Shown here: positions 25,505 through 26,126 of the stretch, in pieces
How positions within the stretch are numbered: the first letter of the stretch is position 1
How the letters are laid out: each line of letters begins with the position of its first letter
Virus record (IMG/VR): IMGVR_UViG_3300044513_002231
Span: 1-26,126 of that record
DNA length: 26,126 bases
Reading direction: 5' to 3' (one strand)
Source: a virus
Lineage: Duplodnaviria; Caudoviricetes
Translations under genes and position numbers: made by a program
The notes under the pieces: model-generated
The model's input: the letters and a program-made list of their open reading frames with translations, nothing else
The model's database searches: none
Told to the model about the DNA's origin: nothing

Positions 25505-25527
25505 TTGCCAGTTTCCGATCTGGCATC

Positions 25528-25556
25528 TTGACTATATACAGTCAAACATCTATAAT
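25528..25556 (+). promoter_or_regulatory. Sigma70-type promoter
   Basis: TTGACT-N17-TATAAT; the -35 is one arm of the inverted repeat TTGACT-N6-AGTCAA. Confidence 0.75.
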
Positions 25557-25579
25557 AATCGGGTAAACCACATACAACA

Positions 25580-25795
25580 ATGGCAATTACTGAAAAATTT
25601 AAGAAAGACATCAGCACACTTCGTGCTGCTGCCAATGGCGAAATTTTCCTTGACGTAAAAAATCCAAAACTTTTCAAAAAGGTGCGCCGCTTCTATGAAA
25701 ACGAGGGAGTGGTGTTTTCAGGAGATCCTCTAGATGACTATGAAATGTTAATGGAATATCTTTTCCAAGATCTTGAAACCGTTGAGGTTGCATGA
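25580..25795 (+). CDS. Hypothetical phage protein
   Basis: 71 aa directly after the promoter. Confidence 0.75.
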   Translation: MAITEKFKKDISTLRAAANGEIFLDVKNPKLFKKVRRFYENEGVVFSGDPLDDYEMLMEYLFQDLETVEVA

Positions 25796-26058
25796 AAGTT
25801 GTAAAAAAACCAACCGTTCTTATGGAGCGGTTTCCTTATCGTTATATTCAGGTTGGTAAGTTGGAAATCAACGGAATGCCTGATTGCCGCATTCAGAAGG
25901 TAGATTCCTATACTGGACGCTACCGCGATATGTATCTCTGCGACAATGAGATGCAACTTATGACTGCTATGGAAGACCACGATTATACTTGTTGGTTGGA
26001 TCCTGATAATGTCCCTGCTTATGTCAAGGACGATGAAGAAGACATGGAGAGTCTTTAA
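25792..26058 (+). CDS. Hypothetical phage protein
   Basis: ATGA overlap; PDCRIQK...YLCDNEMQ. Confidence 0.78.
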   Translation: MKVVKKPTVLMERFPYRYIQVGKLEINGMPDCRIQKVDSYTGRYRDMYLCDNEMQLMTAMEDHDYTCWLDPDNVPAYVKDDEEDMESL

Positions 26059-26120
26059 AAAACCTGGTGGAGTCAATCCCCTTATGCCCATGATGGAGAC
26101 ATGTAAAAAACCCTGGTCGG
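26044..26120 (+). repeat. Imperfect direct repeat (about 48-49 nt period), truncated by window end
   Basis: ATGGAGA-N5-TAAAAAACCTGGT and ATGGAGA-N4-TAAAAAACCCTGGT. Confidence 0.55.
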
Positions 26121-26126
26121 GATGGT

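Noticed and set aside
25090-25677. 195-aa minus-strand ORF and + strand ORFs 25166 and 25464
   Set aside because: They overlap tRNA-Pro and real + strand genes.
26044-26126. CRISPR array
   Set aside because: Only two short imperfect units are present and there are no cas genes in the window.

Overview
This AT-rich window is densely coding, with all supported genes on the + strand. It comes from a T4-like cyanomyovirus (Kyanoviridae-type; the lineage is inferred from protein families and gene order). The left half is the conserved replication and nucleotide block: end of uvsX, gp41 helicase, mazG, a late-promoter virion/head-protein block with a cytidylyltransferase-like gene, gp61 primase, nrdA and nrdB. 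The right half is accessory: three cell-wall hydrolase-like genes, a YkgJ-like Cys protein, two paralogous sulfotransferase-like genes, a small outer-membrane beta-barrel, an exported HExxH protein and many small ORFs. Nine tRNA genes, several sigma70-type promoters, T4-type late promoters and intrinsic terminators are visible. The most interesting signals are non-coding. (1) A short promoter-driven tRNA-Gly leader is complementary to the conserved motif of the cyanobacterial sRNA Yfr1. It is followed by a pseudoknotted, anti-SD-containing leader (manA-like) on a porin-like gene. (2) A 139-nt structured RNA lies between tRNA-Thr and tRNA-Ala. (3) A compact riboswitch-like RNA precedes a lysozyme gene. 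All RNA structures were folded by eye and no database searches were run.
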